Shown here: one piece after another, positions 37,616 to 50,985 of the stretch | How the letters are laid out: each line of letters begins with the position of its first letter | How positions within the stretch are numbered: position 1 is the first letter of the stretch | Assembly (NCBI GenBank): GCA_964016885.1 | Contig: OZ024743.1 | Coordinates: 306,156,001 to 306,220,000 of the forward strand | DNA length: 64,000 nt | Source: Eledone cirrhosa | Lineage: Eukaryota | Direction of reading: 5' to 3' | The notes under the pieces: model-generated | The model's database searches: none | Told to the model about the DNA's origin: nothing | Seen by the model: only the letters and a program-made list of their open reading frames with translations | Made by a program: the position numbers and the translations under genes

Positions 37616-39575
37616 TTTACGTATCGAGAAAGAGAAAAAAAGGGGGGATAGGTGATACATATAGTTATTTGCCAAGTAGCGTATGCCAAAGGTGCTCGAT
37701 ACTAGTGCCGACAGTATTAAATATTCGAAGTGTTAATATTTAGTGGGCTAGAGAGTTAGCAGAGCGTAAGCACGTGGGAAAGTAAAAAATCGGAGAATAG
37801 ACCGTTAAAACATGTTTATTTAAAATATCACCTACGTACGTTTCGCCCAGTTGGGCTTCTCAAGGGCATAAATAATCACAAGTGTTCCTTATATTGCTCG
37901 GAAAGAGTTTTGGGGGTTAAATCTATATCAAGGTTGATTGCTCGCAAAAATATCTTGTTTTGGTTTTGCAGCAGGTCAAGGGAGGTAACTCTGGCCGGTG
38001 TTAGGGCAGTCTTTCCCGGACAAATTTTTTTTTTTTTTTTTGCCGCATCCGTTTGTCTGAGGCTGGGTCTGGTATGCAAGGATTGTTTCCTGGGTGTTAT
38101 TTTGCAGCGCCTGCCCGCCGGGGTGTTAAGACTTGTTGCAGGGAGATCCAGTGTACTATTTCACTCTTCATCCTTAACCCATCTGAAGAAGGATATTTTT
38201 AAGCGATGTGTACAACTTATCGCTGTTTCAGCTCTGCTGTTGATGAGCTCGTGGGGTGCAGTTATGATGTGGTAGAGCTCCATGAGGCAAAGATCGCCTT
38301 TCCTCTTGAAGTTGTACGGTGCAGCCCTGCCGACAATCTCCCAGTGCGTGGAGAAGCTGATGTTTAGGTCCTTTAGTGATGTGATGTAGTCCGCGAGCGA
38401 AGTGGAGTGCCTTAGTTTTCTATTTGTGAAAGAGTGGAGATGTGTTCGAAACCTAATTTTGAACGGGCCGGAGGTGGCCCCTATATAATGTTTAACGCTA
38501 TTGTGGCTAGTAATAGTGCATCTATATATAAGCCTATCAGTTAAGCAGTATCATCTAAGGGGGCAGCGTCCTCTGTCGCGGAAGTTGCAATTTCTGTCGC
38601 GGTTCCGTCTATTCCCACGATAAGGCTATCATTGTTGCTGCCTACGTTGTTACCTACGCTACCGCAGCTGTCGTTAGCACAATTACAACCCACAGCACGC
38701 GGGGTGGTGCGATTGTTATTCCGCACGTCATGTTCTGCATGTTCCCCAGTCATTTCGCGGTCATTCTGGTTGCGTCTGCGGATGCCGTTGCCAACACTAT
38801 TGGATGCTGCCAGGGAGTTGTTAAGGCCGATATAGTTATTGTCAGGGTAGGTGCGTCTGTGTCGAGGTGCTGTGTCTTGGTGATCTTCCTGTGGTTCGTT
38901 GTTCCTATGATGTCTGCTAGGTTAGGAGTAGTAGAGAAGGATATTTTTATATTGTTCCTATTAAGAATTTTTCTATACCTATGGTTGGGCGGGAAGTTCT
39001 TCTCTAAGGCTCCGAAGAACATCCGGGGTATGTTGGAGGCCACACTCCGAGAGTAGGGGGGTGGAACCATAGGACGTTACGGTGGCGATTACGTGTCCTT
39101 GTACTTTTGCTACGGGTGGTTCCATCTAAGTGACCGCTCTTATGTGTGTTAATGCGCAGTCGCCCGTTCGGTGCCCCTTTCACTTTATGCTCGGGTGCAC
39201 TCTTCCTACCTCTTCCATGTTTATGTACACGAAGATGTTGATTGGAAGGCGTTGGTAGTAGGCCATTGCCTTTGTTGGTTTTGTAATAGGGGAATAGTTT
39301 GAGTAATCTACAGTGTTCACCGTCGCCGGGGACGTGATATTTGGTGCGGTTATCTATTCTATTATATCCGACTTCAACGAGGACGCCGTGCGATCGGTTA
39401 TAGGTATGGCTTACTATAACATTAGTTTTATGAGGGGGGTGGTTTCTAGAGCTAGCGTTAGGGACGTAGGAAATTCCTCGGTTAAAGCCGGCGCTTATCA
39501 GGGCCCTATTGTAGTAATCAGCCGCTTGGTTGAAGATATCCTCATTGGCGGATAGCCTCGAGATTCTATGTGAGA
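37612..39575 (-). mobile_element. Degraded 3' half of a Penelope-like (Naiad-type) element
   Basis: PPPYSRSVASNIPRMFF.ALEKNFPPNHRYRKILNRNNIKISFSTTPN; GIY-YIG LIYRC..IIGATSGPFKIRFRTH..STSLADYI..LCLME; pLTR with HHR. Confidence 0.9.
37831..37865 (-). ncRNA. Hammerhead variant with a U3-A8 core pair
   Basis: Minus strand: CC-TTGAGAA-GCCC-aact-GGGC-GAAAC-GTAC-GTA/GG. Confidence 0.7.
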
Positions 39576-39638
<63 letters not shown>

Positions 39639-39871
39639 TAAATTTCTATTTATTTGCCACGAGGGCACAAAAGAAGGGGACAAATACACAGTGGGGGAGT
39701 TTACATAAATCGAGTAAAGAAAAAGGAATAACAATAATAATATAATAATAAAAAGTCCTCAAAAGGGAGGGGGCGTGTTCGGGATTGCACATACCCCCGA
39801 AAAGTGTGCAACCCTTTTCGCAGGGGAAGCCCAGAGAGGAGGCGCTCCCCCTTTCCTCTTCACTTCTTCAC

Positions 39872-42800
39872 CTACAGAACAAAGTAGAGAGAAGGCCCAT
39901 TTACACGAGCCATTCTCGCTTCTTTCACCCACCTTTCATAAAACTGTCTGGGGCCAAGCACTTCTCTCTCCATCCTGATCCTTCTTCCGAAGTGGTATCG
40001 GAAGAAGTAAACCAGGTGATGGCCGGAGAGAAAGTCACCCGACCTCAGACCTTTCAGGCGCGTCCACCACACAACCTCTTTCATCATGGCTATTACGCAC
40101 AGAAAGACCGCTTCTGCTTCGTTTCTGAAGGGAGGAGGCGGCTTGATGTTCACCACAGACTCGGCGGTTAATCGAATCGGCGCCACACGCGACAGCAGTC
40201 GTTCGACGTAGCCCCACAGATCGGCAACGCCCGGGCAGTGTACCAGTGCATGCGCAACGGTTTCCTCGTCGCGCACGCATCTGGGACAGATCTTTTTCGC
40301 TGGATCCCTGCCCGGGCGCCCGTGTCTGTAGAGCTTTTCTCGAACGGGCAGAGCCCCCCGGTAACACTGCCAGGCTAGGGACCTCTGGAAGTTGTCCATG
40401 GGTCCCGGGCCGAAAGTTCTACCGAACAGGCTGGCCAGTTCGTCCTCCTCCATGCCTAGCGACTCTCCAAGGGTGTCGTCGCCCCTGCTAGCCACCAGCC
40501 CTCTATAGAATGTCGAGGTGGATTCTCCACTGACAGTCGGGTACGCTTGCCAGATAGCCGTGAGCGCCTGGGCACACTCGGTGTGCCAGTTGCCCAGTTT
40601 TCTCGGTCTTTGCTTCACCCAGGATTGCAGCTCGGTGAGCGAGACGAGCTGTGGGAAGGCTCGCCTCACAAACGGGGCCCACACCGGCTGACCGGTGAGG
40701 AATACCTGTAGATGCCGTAGCCTCAATGCGTGCCTACGCATCAACAGCCACGGCATACCCAGCCCTCCTTTCAAAGGGGGCTGGCAGCAGATGGATCTCC
40801 TCACCATGGGAGGCCGCTTCTTCCAGAGGAACTGGAAGAGCATGCGTTCCATGATGGTGATCTTTTCCTTGGGGCAAGGCACGACGGTCAGGCGGTAGCA
40901 GATGACGGACGCTATGTAAGCGTTCGTCACCTCCGCCCGACCTTTCAGTGATAGTTTGCACTTGGCCCACTTCTGGGTCAGCGCAAACACCCTGCTCGTC
41001 ACCTCGCCCCAATTCTTCTCCACCTGGAGGTCCGGTCCGAACCAGACCCCGAGCAGCTTCACCGGGCCCTCCGTCCACCGCCCGACGACACCGTCTAACG
41101 GCATCGGTTTGCCCCTCCACGTTCCGAGTTGCAAACCGACTGACTTGTCCCGGTTCAGCCTAGCCCCCGTCAGCCTTTCGTATTCCTCCAGTAGGGTGGC
41201 GATCGCCCCGATTTCCGAGGCGTCCGCCACCATTACTGTTACGTCGTCGGCATAGGCCGAGACCGCTTTGTGCAATCCCGGTTCCAGGGGTATGCCCTGC
41301 AGCAACTCCAACTTCCGCAGCAATGGCTCGAGAGTCAATACGTACAGAAGGGAGGAGAGGGGGCACCCCTGTCTGATGGACCGGGTGATTTGAAACGGCT
41401 CCGAGAGGTAGCCGTTTACTTTAATCCTAGAGTAGATGTTGCCACTGTGCATGGCAGAAATCCAGCCCCTGAAAACGGGTCCGAAGCCCGCCGCCGCTAG
41501 CACCGCTTCCAGGTAACCATGGTCGACCCTATCGAACGCCTTAGATTGATCCAAGTTGATCAGGGCCCCACCAAAGCCGGGTTCGTTGCCAACCCTCTCT
41601 ATGATGTATCGCATGAGGTGGAGGTTGTCGTGAATGGACCTGGACGGGATAGCGCATGTCTGCGCGTCTCCCACCAAACCACCCACCACAAGCGCCAACC
41701 TCTTCGCCAACACCTTGGCCAAAATCTGTAACTCTGCATTCAGCAGAGTTATGGGCCTAAAGTTACTTAAGTCGTCCCCCTTGCTCTCGTCCTTCCTCAC
41801 TAGCGTGACCACGCCCTTGGTCGCAGAACAGGGAATTCTCCCGTTCTGTTGCCAGTTGCAATAGACAGCCTCGAGGAGTTCGGAGAACAAGATCGGCATA
41901 GCTAAATAAAGTTCGTATGGTAGACCATCGAGACCCGGAGATTTGCGTCTGCTGCATTGGCTGAGAGCTTCCCCGATTTCAGTGGCTGTGATTGGCCTTT
42001 CGCAGCACTCCGCTTCGCCGCTCGAAAGACGCGGTAGACCGTCGAGGTATGGACCGAAGTCCACATCCCCGTCCGGCCCCCCGCCCCCTCCGAACAGTCG
42101 AGCAAAGTGCCTTTGAAAGGCCTCGCACATCCGCTCAGGTTCAAGGATCACCCGTCCATCCTGGTCTCGCAAAGACCGAATGGTGGATTTAATCCCACTC
42201 TTGGCTTCTGTCACGCGGGCCCAGCTAACAGCTTTGGTCCCCTCGTTTCCTAAAGCACGTATTTTACTTCGGACAACGCAGCCTTCGTGCTTCGCGTCAA
42301 AGAACTGGCTCAACGCCTTTCTAGCCGCTAACACTCTGGCTACGTCTCCGCTCCTAATCGCCTCTTCTAGTTTATCTGTTAACTCCCTTTCCTTCCTATT
42401 TCTATTCGCCGCTAGTTCCTTACTGTAACCTATCGAACTTACTCTAATCTCTCTCTTTAGAGATACCCACCACGTACTGTTGACAATCGCTCCCGTCAAC
42501 CGCATCTTAACTAAGCTACTAATCCGGTTCCTGTAATCTTTCTTTGCCGGCAAGGACAAGTTCATCTTCCAGTAACCGGAACCCTGTCTATGCGTTCTAT
42601 CAAGGTTGACCACGCAGGTCACTAATTTGTGATCTGAATAGCCAACCATGATCAATTCTGGACAACTAAATACGTCCCTATCCTTACTCCTAACCAAAAA
42701 CCTATCTAGGTACGATCTAGATTGTCCACTGCGGTTTGCCCAGGTCCAGGTTGGCGCAGTTGGACAATCTAGTCGAAATCTATCGACCAGGTCGAATCGA

Positions 42801-43322
42801 TCGAGTAACCCCTTGAGGCTGCTACACCCCCCTCAATCGGGACATGCCCCTGCATAGTCCCAACGCGCATCTAGGATTCCATTCCAGTCCCCCACTAAAA
42901 GCAGGGAACGCGACGTTCCTAGAAAAGTCTCCAGACGCTGGAAGAAGTCGGCTCTTTCAGCCCCGAAGGGGGCATAAAGACCGACCAGTCTGAAAGCCCC
43001 GCCTTCACCGCCTCCGACGTCCAGCACCAGTATTCGACCCCCCGGGTCCGAGTGAACAATCTGTACGTCGAGAGCCAGACGTTTATCCAGCAGTACGGCA
43101 ACTCCCCCCCCCCCCCCCTCCCCCGCCTCCGGGTTGACAGAGAGATGCGTGCATCTCAAAGTCATCGAAGGCGGGAGCCAGCTGTCGCACGCTGCTGATC
43201 CGACTCTCGCAAACAACCATCACATCTATACTTCGTGACCTGAGGTCACTTAGTAGCTTTGCTTGCTTCCAAGCTGAGCCCAGGCCACGCGCGTTCAATC
43301 AGCCAACTCTTAATTGATCTAT
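39872..43322 (-). pseudogene. Copy A ORF2 (APE endonuclease, RT, zinc finger); 941-aa open segment, APE region broken
   Basis: NARG, VGDWN, SDHK, KSPGLDG, FRPITLLN, LDQSKAFDRV, RQGCPLS, YADD, CPRC..ETVAHALVHC. A stop and frameshifts lie upstream of 42833. Confidence 0.93.
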
Positions 43323-45131
43323 TTTGGTGTTGAAAGTGAAGAAAGAAAAGCACTTACCTCTCCGGGTTGTGTAATTTCCATGGCGTCAGGTGTGTTGGGT
43401 GGAGGGATGTTTTGTGGTGGTGTGGGGGTGCCCGAGTGTGGTTGGGTTGGGGTGTTTGGAGTTGTGTCGGGGTGAGGGGAGGTTATGGGGAAATCTTTCA
43501 AGAGGACGCGATTTAACGGTTTTAAACAGGGGGGGGGCTCACGTCCTGTCTAAATTGTTCTTTTAAGGAACGATAAAGGTCCAGAGGGACCTTTATCATT
43601 TTTAAATGGGTGAAGTTCTCTGTTGAGATAAAGTTTGGCCCTTCGGTCTGCACCAAAGGGCTATTGTTTATTAATTTAAACAGTTTTTTGTTTTCTTTAT
43701 TTATATATGTGTATTGCAATGTCTTTTTTTGTGATGCTGTCAATGTTTCGGAGAGGGGAGGCGCAGATTTATTTTTGTTTGTTGAGGGTGGGGTGTTTTT
43801 TATTGGAGTTGGTGTTTGTGTGTGGGTTATTTGTGGTGTGCTGGGTGTGTGCTTTCTTTTTTTTCTTTTAACTTGTCTGAAGGCTTCTCCTCCTTCTTCT
43901 TCAGAAGTTGGGGGAAACTCTTCAGCGCTAGGTGGGAGGGACGTTGCGTCTGGTTTTTTTTTTGCGGGAGGGGTAGATTTGTTGCTGTTTTTTTTATTAT
44001 TTGTTTGGAATGCGTTTTGTGGTGGTGGTGGTGCTGTTTGTGTCGTGCTTGTGGTTGGTAATGGTGGTGATGGTGTTTGTGTTGGTGATGGTGGTGGTGA
44101 TTTTTGTGTCGAGCTTGTGTTTGCTGCTGGTGGTGGTGATGTGCTTGGTGGTGTTTGTATTTTGTTTGCTGTGTGTGGTATTAGTGTATTTTTGGAGGTG
44201 GGTGGTGTTGGTGTACTGTTTGTGGTGGGTGTGGGCAATAGTCCTTTTTGGGGGACACGTTTCGGGCAGTTAGCCTTAATGTGTCCCCTTTCCATGCATA
44301 AATAGCATGCTGGTCTTCTCCCCTCTACAATTATATCTATTGGGGTGAGCTCATCCAGCCAGATGCGATCCGGGATTTGTGCTATTCTTTAGGGCCTCAT
44401 TTGGACTAGTAGGTCGAGGCCCATTCCCAGAAACGCATCTCCGGATGCCTTCCCCATTGACAGCACTGTGTCCTCGCCCATGTCTATGAAGCCAGCAATA
44501 GCCCACCAGAAGTCCATTGTGGGCAGCATTGTTTGTATTTTTACTCTCTGTGTTCTTCTACCCATGTAGGAGGGATAGAAGCTGTATGTTGTCGATGAGA
44601 GTGGGCTTATGGAAAGCTTCTCCGCCGTTTCCTTGTCTTTTAAGACCGAAATGCTGCCATAGAGTCGGTCCTTTCGTATGAAGAGAATATTCTTCATATA
44701 GTCTTTTAGGACCAACTCTATCTCCATTTGGCTGGGCTGTGCTGGCTTTCTTGTTTCGTTTAGGATTGTTCTGAAGAGAACTGTGTTCTCTGTTCTCGTT
44801 TTCTTGAATTCTGGGGGGGAGTTAATGGAAAACATTCCATTTTCCCCCAAAACAATGTGTTTCTTTGCTTCGGCCAGTTTTTCTCTGGCGGCCGTTAGGT
44901 CAATTGGTGTGTATGTAATGGATTGTTTTGTTTTCTGGGCGAAAGTTGCCCTGTTGTTATTTGTATTATTTTCTGTTTGTTTGTTTTCCGTTTGCTCATT
45001 TTCCTTAACATTTGTTTTTTCATTTTCTTTTTTTGTTTCTTTGTCTAATTTTGTTGTAATTATTTTTTGTTCTTCAGACTTGGGGGCGTGGCAGAGCTAA
45101 TGGCAGACATGTCTGCCATCTTTTCCGCCAT
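43319..45131 (-). pseudogene. Copy A ORF1 (gag-like; CCHC knuckle, Pro/Thr-rich tail), disrupted
   Basis: CYLCMERGHIKANC. Split over ORFs 44389..44850, 43522..44295 and 43319..43501. Confidence 0.85.
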
Positions 45132-45360
45132 GCTGCCAAGAACGAAATTTTTCGGCAAAATTAGATATTTATTTTACCCCCTAAAAAGGGGGTAAATGCA
45201 AAAATGTTTCCCTAAATAACAGGGGTTAGTGTTCCAAATGTGTTGCACTGAAAAATTTATCCGGTACTTACAATAGTAAGGGTAAATCCCGATAGAATAG
45301 CGGAGCCGATGTGAAGCGTGTCTTACTCTATCAATATAGATAGATAGATAGATAGATAGA

Positions 45361-45484
45361 TTTCTTTATTAGCCACAAGTGCGCCCAAGAAAAGGGGACA
45401 ATACAAAGACATGCCGGGGATTTTACATACAGTCGTGTAAAAAATATAAAACAAACAATTACAACAATCGAAATCCCCAATAGG
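45361..45484 (-). mobile_element. About 125-bp 3'-UTR stub of a related Tx1 subfamily
   Basis: Shares the ATGTAAA.TCCCC...TGTCCCC...GTGGC.AATAAA terminus. GATA tracts on both sides. Confidence 0.8.
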
Positions 45485-45729
45485 TAGATAGATAGATAAA
45501 TTTCTATTTATTTGCCACGAGGGCACAAAAGAAGGGGACATTTACACAGTGGGGGAGTTTACATAAATCGAGTAAAGAAAAAGGAATAACAATAATAATA
45601 TAACAATAAAAAGTCCTCAAAAGGGAGGGGGCGTGTTGGGGATTGCACATACCCCCGAAAAGTGTGCAACTCTTTTCGCGGGGGAAGCCCAGAGAGGAGG
45701 CGCTCCCCCTTTCCTCTTCACTTCTTCAC

Positions 45730-48700
45730 CTACAGAACAATGTAGAGAGAAGGCCCATTTACACGGGCCATTCTCGCTTCTTTCACCCACCTTTCATAAA
45801 ACTGTCTGGGGCCAAGCACTTCTCTCTCCATCCTGATCCTTCTCCCGAAGTGGTATCGAAAGAAGTAAACCAGGTGATGGCCGGAGAGAAAGTCACCCGA
45901 CCTCAGACCTTTCAGGCGCGTCCACCACACAACCTCTTTCATCATGGCTATTACGCACAGAAAGACCGCCTCTGCTTCATTTCTGAAGGGAGGAGGCGGC
46001 TTGATGTTCACCACAGACTCGGCGGTTAATCGAATCGGCGCCACACGCGACAGCAGTCGTTCGACGTAGCCCCACAGATCGGCAACGCCCGGGCAGTGTA
46101 CCAGTGCATGCGCAACGGTTTCCTCGTCGCGCACGCATCTGGGACAGATCTTTTTCGCGGGATCCCTGCCCGGGCGCCCGTGTCTGTAGAGCTTTTCTCG
46201 AACGGGCAGAGCCCCGCGGTAACACTGCAAGGCTAGGGACCTCTGGAAGTTGTCCATGGGTCCCGGGCCGAAAGTTCTACCGAACAGGCTGGCCAGTTCG
46301 TCCTCCTCCATGCCTAGCGACTCTCCAAGGGTGTCGTCGCCCTTGCTAGCCACCAACCCTCTATAGAATGTCGAGGTGGATTCTCCACTGATAGTCGGGT
46401 CCGCTTGCCAGATAGCCGTGAGCGCCTGGGCACACTCGGTGTGCCAGTTGCCCAGTTTTCTCGGTCTTTGCTTCACCCAGGATTGCAGTTCGGTGAGCGA
46501 GACGAGCTGTGGGAAGGCTCGCCTCACAAACGGGGCCCACACCGGCTGACCGTTTAGGAATACATGTAGATGCCGTAGCCTCAATGCGTGCCTACGCATC
46601 AACAGCCACAGCATACCCAGCCCTCCTTTCGAAGGGTGCTGGCAGCAGATGGATCTCCTCACCATGGGAGGCCGCTTCTTCCAGAGGAACTGGAAGAGCA
46701 TGCGTTCCATGATGGTGAGATTTTCCTTGGGGCAAGGCACGACGGTCAGGCGGTAGTAGATGACGGACGCTATGTAAGCGTTCGTCACCTCCGCCCGTCC
46801 TTTCAGTGATAGTTTGCACTTGGCCCACTTCTGGGTCAGCGCAAACACCCTGCTCGTCACCTCGCCCCAATTCTTCTCCACCTGGAGGTCCGGTCCGAAC
46901 CAGACCCCGAGCAGCTTCACCGGGCCCTCCGTCCACCGCCCGACGACACCGTCTAACGGCATCGGTTTGCCCCTCCACGTTCCGAGTTGCAAACCGACTG
47001 ACTTGTCCTGGTTCAGCCTAGCCCCCGTCAGCCTTTCGTATTCCTCCAGTAGGGTGGCGATCGCCCCGATTTCCGAGGCGTCCGCCACCATTACTGTTAC
47101 GTCGTCGGCATAGGCCGAGACCGCTTTGTGCAATCCCGGTTCCAGGGGTATGCCCCGCAGCAACTCCAACTTCCGCAGCAGTGGCTCGAGAGTCAATACG
47201 TACAGAAGGGAGGAGAGGGGGCACCCCTGTCTGATGGACCGGGTGATTTGAAACGGCTCCGAGAGGTAGCCGTTTACTTTAATCCTAGAGTAGATGTTGC
47301 CACTGTGCATGGCAGAAATCCAGCCCCTGAAAACGGGTCCGAAGCCCGCCGCCGCTAGCATCGCATCCAGGTAACCATGGTCGACCCTATCGAACGCCTT
47401 AGATTGATCCAAGTTGATCAGGGCCCCACCAAAGCCGGGTTCGTTGACAACCCTCTCTATGATGTATCGCATGAGGTGGAGGTTGTCGTGAATGGACCTG
47501 GACGGGATAGCGCATGTCTGCGTGTCTCCCACCAAACCACCCACCACAAGCGCCAACCTCTTCGCCAACACCTTGGCCAAAATCTGTAACTCTGCATTCA
47601 GCAGAGTTATGGGCCTAAAGTTACTTAAGTCGTCCCCCTTGCTCTCGTCCTTCCTCACTAGCGTGACCACGCCCTCGGTCACCGAACAGGGAATTCTCCC
47701 GTTCTGTTGCCAGTTGCAATAGACAGCCTCGAGGAGTTCGGAGAACAAGACCGGCATAGCTAAATAAAGTTCGTATGGTAGACCATCGAGACCCGGGGAT
47801 TTGCGTCTGCTGCATTGGCTGAGCGCTTCCCCGATTTCAGTGGCTGTGATTGGCCTTTCGCAGCACTCCGCTTCGCCGCTCGAAAGACGCGGTAGACCGT
47901 CGAGGTATGGACCGAAGTCCACATCCCCGTCCGGCCCCCCGCCCCCTCCGAACAGTCGAGCAAAGTGCCTTTGAAAGGCCTCGCACATCCGCTCAGGTTC
48001 AAGGATCACCCGTCCATCCTGGTCTCGCAAAGACCGAATGGTGGATTTAATCCCACTCTTGGCTTCTGTCACGCGGGCCCAGCTAACAGCTTTGGTCCCC
48101 TCGTTTCCTAAAGCACGTATTTTACTTCGGACAACGCAGCCTTCGTGCTTCGCGTCAAAGAACTGGCTCAACGCCGTTCTCGCCGCTAACACTCTGGCTA
48201 CGTCTCCGCTCCTAATCACCTCTTCTAGTTTATCTGTTAACTCCCTTTCCTTCCTATTTCTATTCGCCGCTAGTTCCTTACTGTAACCTATCGAACTTAC
48301 TCTAATCTCTCTCTTTAGAGATACCCACCACCTACTGTTGACGATCGCTGCCGTCAACCGCATCTTAACTAAGCTACTAATCCGGTTCCTGTAATCTTTC
48401 TTTGCCGGCAAGGACAAGTTCATCTTCCAGTAACCGGAACCCTGTCTATGCGTTCTATCAAGGTTGACCACGCAGGTCACTAATTTGTGATCTGAATAGC
48501 CAACCATGATCAATTCTGGACAACTAAATACGTCCCTATCCTTACTCCTAACCAAAAACCTATCTAGGTACGATCTAGATTGTCCACTGCGGTTTGCCCA
48601 GGTCCAGGTTGGCGCAGTTGGACAATCTAGTCGAAATCTATCGACCAGGTCGAATCGATCGAGTAACCCCTTGAGGCTGCTACAACCCCCTCTATCGGGA

Positions 48701-49156
48701 CATGCCCCTGCATAGTCCCAACGCGCATCTAGGATTCCATTCCAGTCCCCCAGAAAAGTCTCCAGACGCTGGAAGAAGTCGGCTCTTTCAGCCCCGAAGG
48801 GGGCATAAAGACCGACCAGTCTGAAAGCCCCGCCTTCACCGCCTCCGACGTCCAGCACCAGTAATCGACCCCCCCCCCCCCCCCCGGGTCCGAGTGAACA
48901 ATCTGTACGTCGAGAGCCAGACGTTTATCCAGCAGTACGGCAATTCCCCCCCCCCCCCGCCTCCGGGTTGACAGAGAGATGCGTGCATCTCAAAGTCATC
49001 GAAGGCGGGCGCCAGCTGTCTCACGCTGCTGATCCGACTCTCGCAAACAACCATCACATCTATACTTTGTGACCTGAGGTCATTTAGAAGCTTTGCTTGC
49101 TTCCAAGCTGAGCCCAGGCCACGCGCGTTCAAACAGCCAACTCTTAATTGATCTAT
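45730..49156 (-). pseudogene. Copy B ORF2; 1042-aa open segment, frameshifts in G-runs and a 9-aa deletion in APE
   Basis: Same motifs as copy A. FLGDWN versus FLGTSRSLLLVGDWN in A and C. Confidence 0.93.
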
Positions 49157-50985
49157 TTTGGTGTTGAAAGTGAAGAAAGAAAAGCACCTACCTCTCCGGG
49201 TTGTGTAATTTCCATGGCATCAGGTGTGTTGGGTGGAGGGATGTTTTGTGGTGGTGTGGGGGTACCCGTGTGTGGTGGGGTTGGGGTATTTGGAGTTGTG
49301 TCAGGGAGAGGGGCGGTTATGGGGAAATCTTTCAAGAGGACGCGATTTAACGGTTTTAAACAGGGGGGGCTCACGTCGCGTCTAAATTGTTTTTTTAAGG
49401 AACGATAAAGGTCCAGAGGGACCTTTATCATTTTTAAATGGGTGAAGTTCTCTGTTGAGATAAAGTTTGGCCCTTCGGTCTGCACCATAGGGTTATTGTT
49501 TATTAATTTAACCAGTTTTTTGTTTTCTTTATTTATATATGTGTATTGCAACGTCTTTTTTTGTGATGCTGTCAATGTTTCGGAGAGGGGAGGCGCCGAT
49601 TTATTTTTGTTTGTTGAGGGTGGGGTGTTTTTGATTGGAGTTGGTGTTTGTGTGTGGGTTATTTGTGGTGTGCTGGGTGTGTGTTTTCTTTTTTTTCTTT
49701 TAACTTGTCTGAAAGCTTCTCCTCCTTCTTCTTCAGAAGTTGGGGGAAACTTCTTAGGTGGGAGGGACGTGTTGTGTGGTTGTTTTTTTTTGCGGGAGGG
49801 GTAGATTTGTTACTGTTTTTTTATTATTTGTTTGGAATGGGTTTTGTGGTGGTGGTGGTGGTGGTAATGTTTGTGTCGTGCTTGTGGTTGGTGATGGTGG
49901 TGGTGATGTTTGTGTTGTGGTTGGTGGTGGTGATTTTTGTGTCGTGCTTGTGTTTGGTGCTGGTGGTGGTGATGTTTGTGTTGTGTTTGTGGTTGGTGGT
50001 GTCTGTATTTTGTATGCTGTGTGTGGTATTAGTGTATTTTTGGAGGTGGGTGGTGTTGGTGTACTGTTTGTGGTGGGTGTGGGCAATAGTCCTTTTTGGG
50101 GGATACGTTTCGGGCAGTTAGCCTTAACGTGTCCCCTTTCCATGCATAAATAGCATGCTGGTCTTCTCCCCTCTACAATTATATCTATTGGGGTAAGGTC
50201 ATCCAGCCAGATGCGATCCGGGATTTGTGCTATTCTTTCGGGCCTCATTTGGACTAGTATGTCGAGGCCCATTCCCAGGAACGCATCTCCAGTTGCCTTC
50301 CCCATTGATAGCATTGTGTCTTCGCCCATGTCTATGAAGCCAGCAATAGCCCACCAGAAGTCCATTGTGGGCAGCATTGTTTTTACTTTTAATCTCTGTG
50401 TTCTTCTACTCATGTAGGAGGGATAGAAGCTGTATGTTGTCGATGAGAGTGGGCTTAGGGAAAGCTTCTCCACCGTTTCTTTGTCTTTTGTTAGGACCGA
50501 AATGCTGCCATAGAGTCGGTCCTTTCGTATGAAGAGAATATTCTTCATATAGTCTTTTAGGACCAACTCTATTTCCATTTGGCTGGGCTGTGCTGGCTTT
50601 CTTGTCTGGTTCAGTATAGTTCTGAAGAGAACTGTGCTCTCTGTTCTGGCTTTCTTGAATTCTGGGGGGGGGGGGTTAATGGAAAACATTCCGTTCTCCC
50701 CAAGACTATTTGTTTTTTCGCTTCGGCCAGTTTTTCTCTGGCGGCAGTTAAGTCAATTGGTGTGTATGTTATGGATTGTTTTGTTTTCTGGGCGAAAGTT
50801 GCCCTGTTGTTATTTGTATTATTTTCTGTTTGTTTGTTTTCCGTTTGCTCATTTTCCTTAACATTTGTTTTTTCATTTTCCTTGTTTGTTTCATTGTCTA
50901 ATTTTGTTGTAATTATTTTTTGTTCTTCAGACTTGGGGGGCGTGGCAGAGCTAATGGCAGACATGTCTGCCATCTTTTCCGCCAT
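49153..50985 (-). pseudogene. Copy B ORF1 (CCHC knuckle), frameshifted
   Basis: CYLCMERGHVKANC in ORF 49754..50689; starts MAEKMAD. Confidence 0.85.

Larger units (their letters stand above)
39637..45334 (-). mobile_element. Tx1/L1-clade LINE, copy A (full length, disrupted)
   Basis: ORF1 with a CCHC knuckle; ORF2 with APE, RT and C-terminal zinc finger. 5' terminus identical to copy B. Confidence 0.95.
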
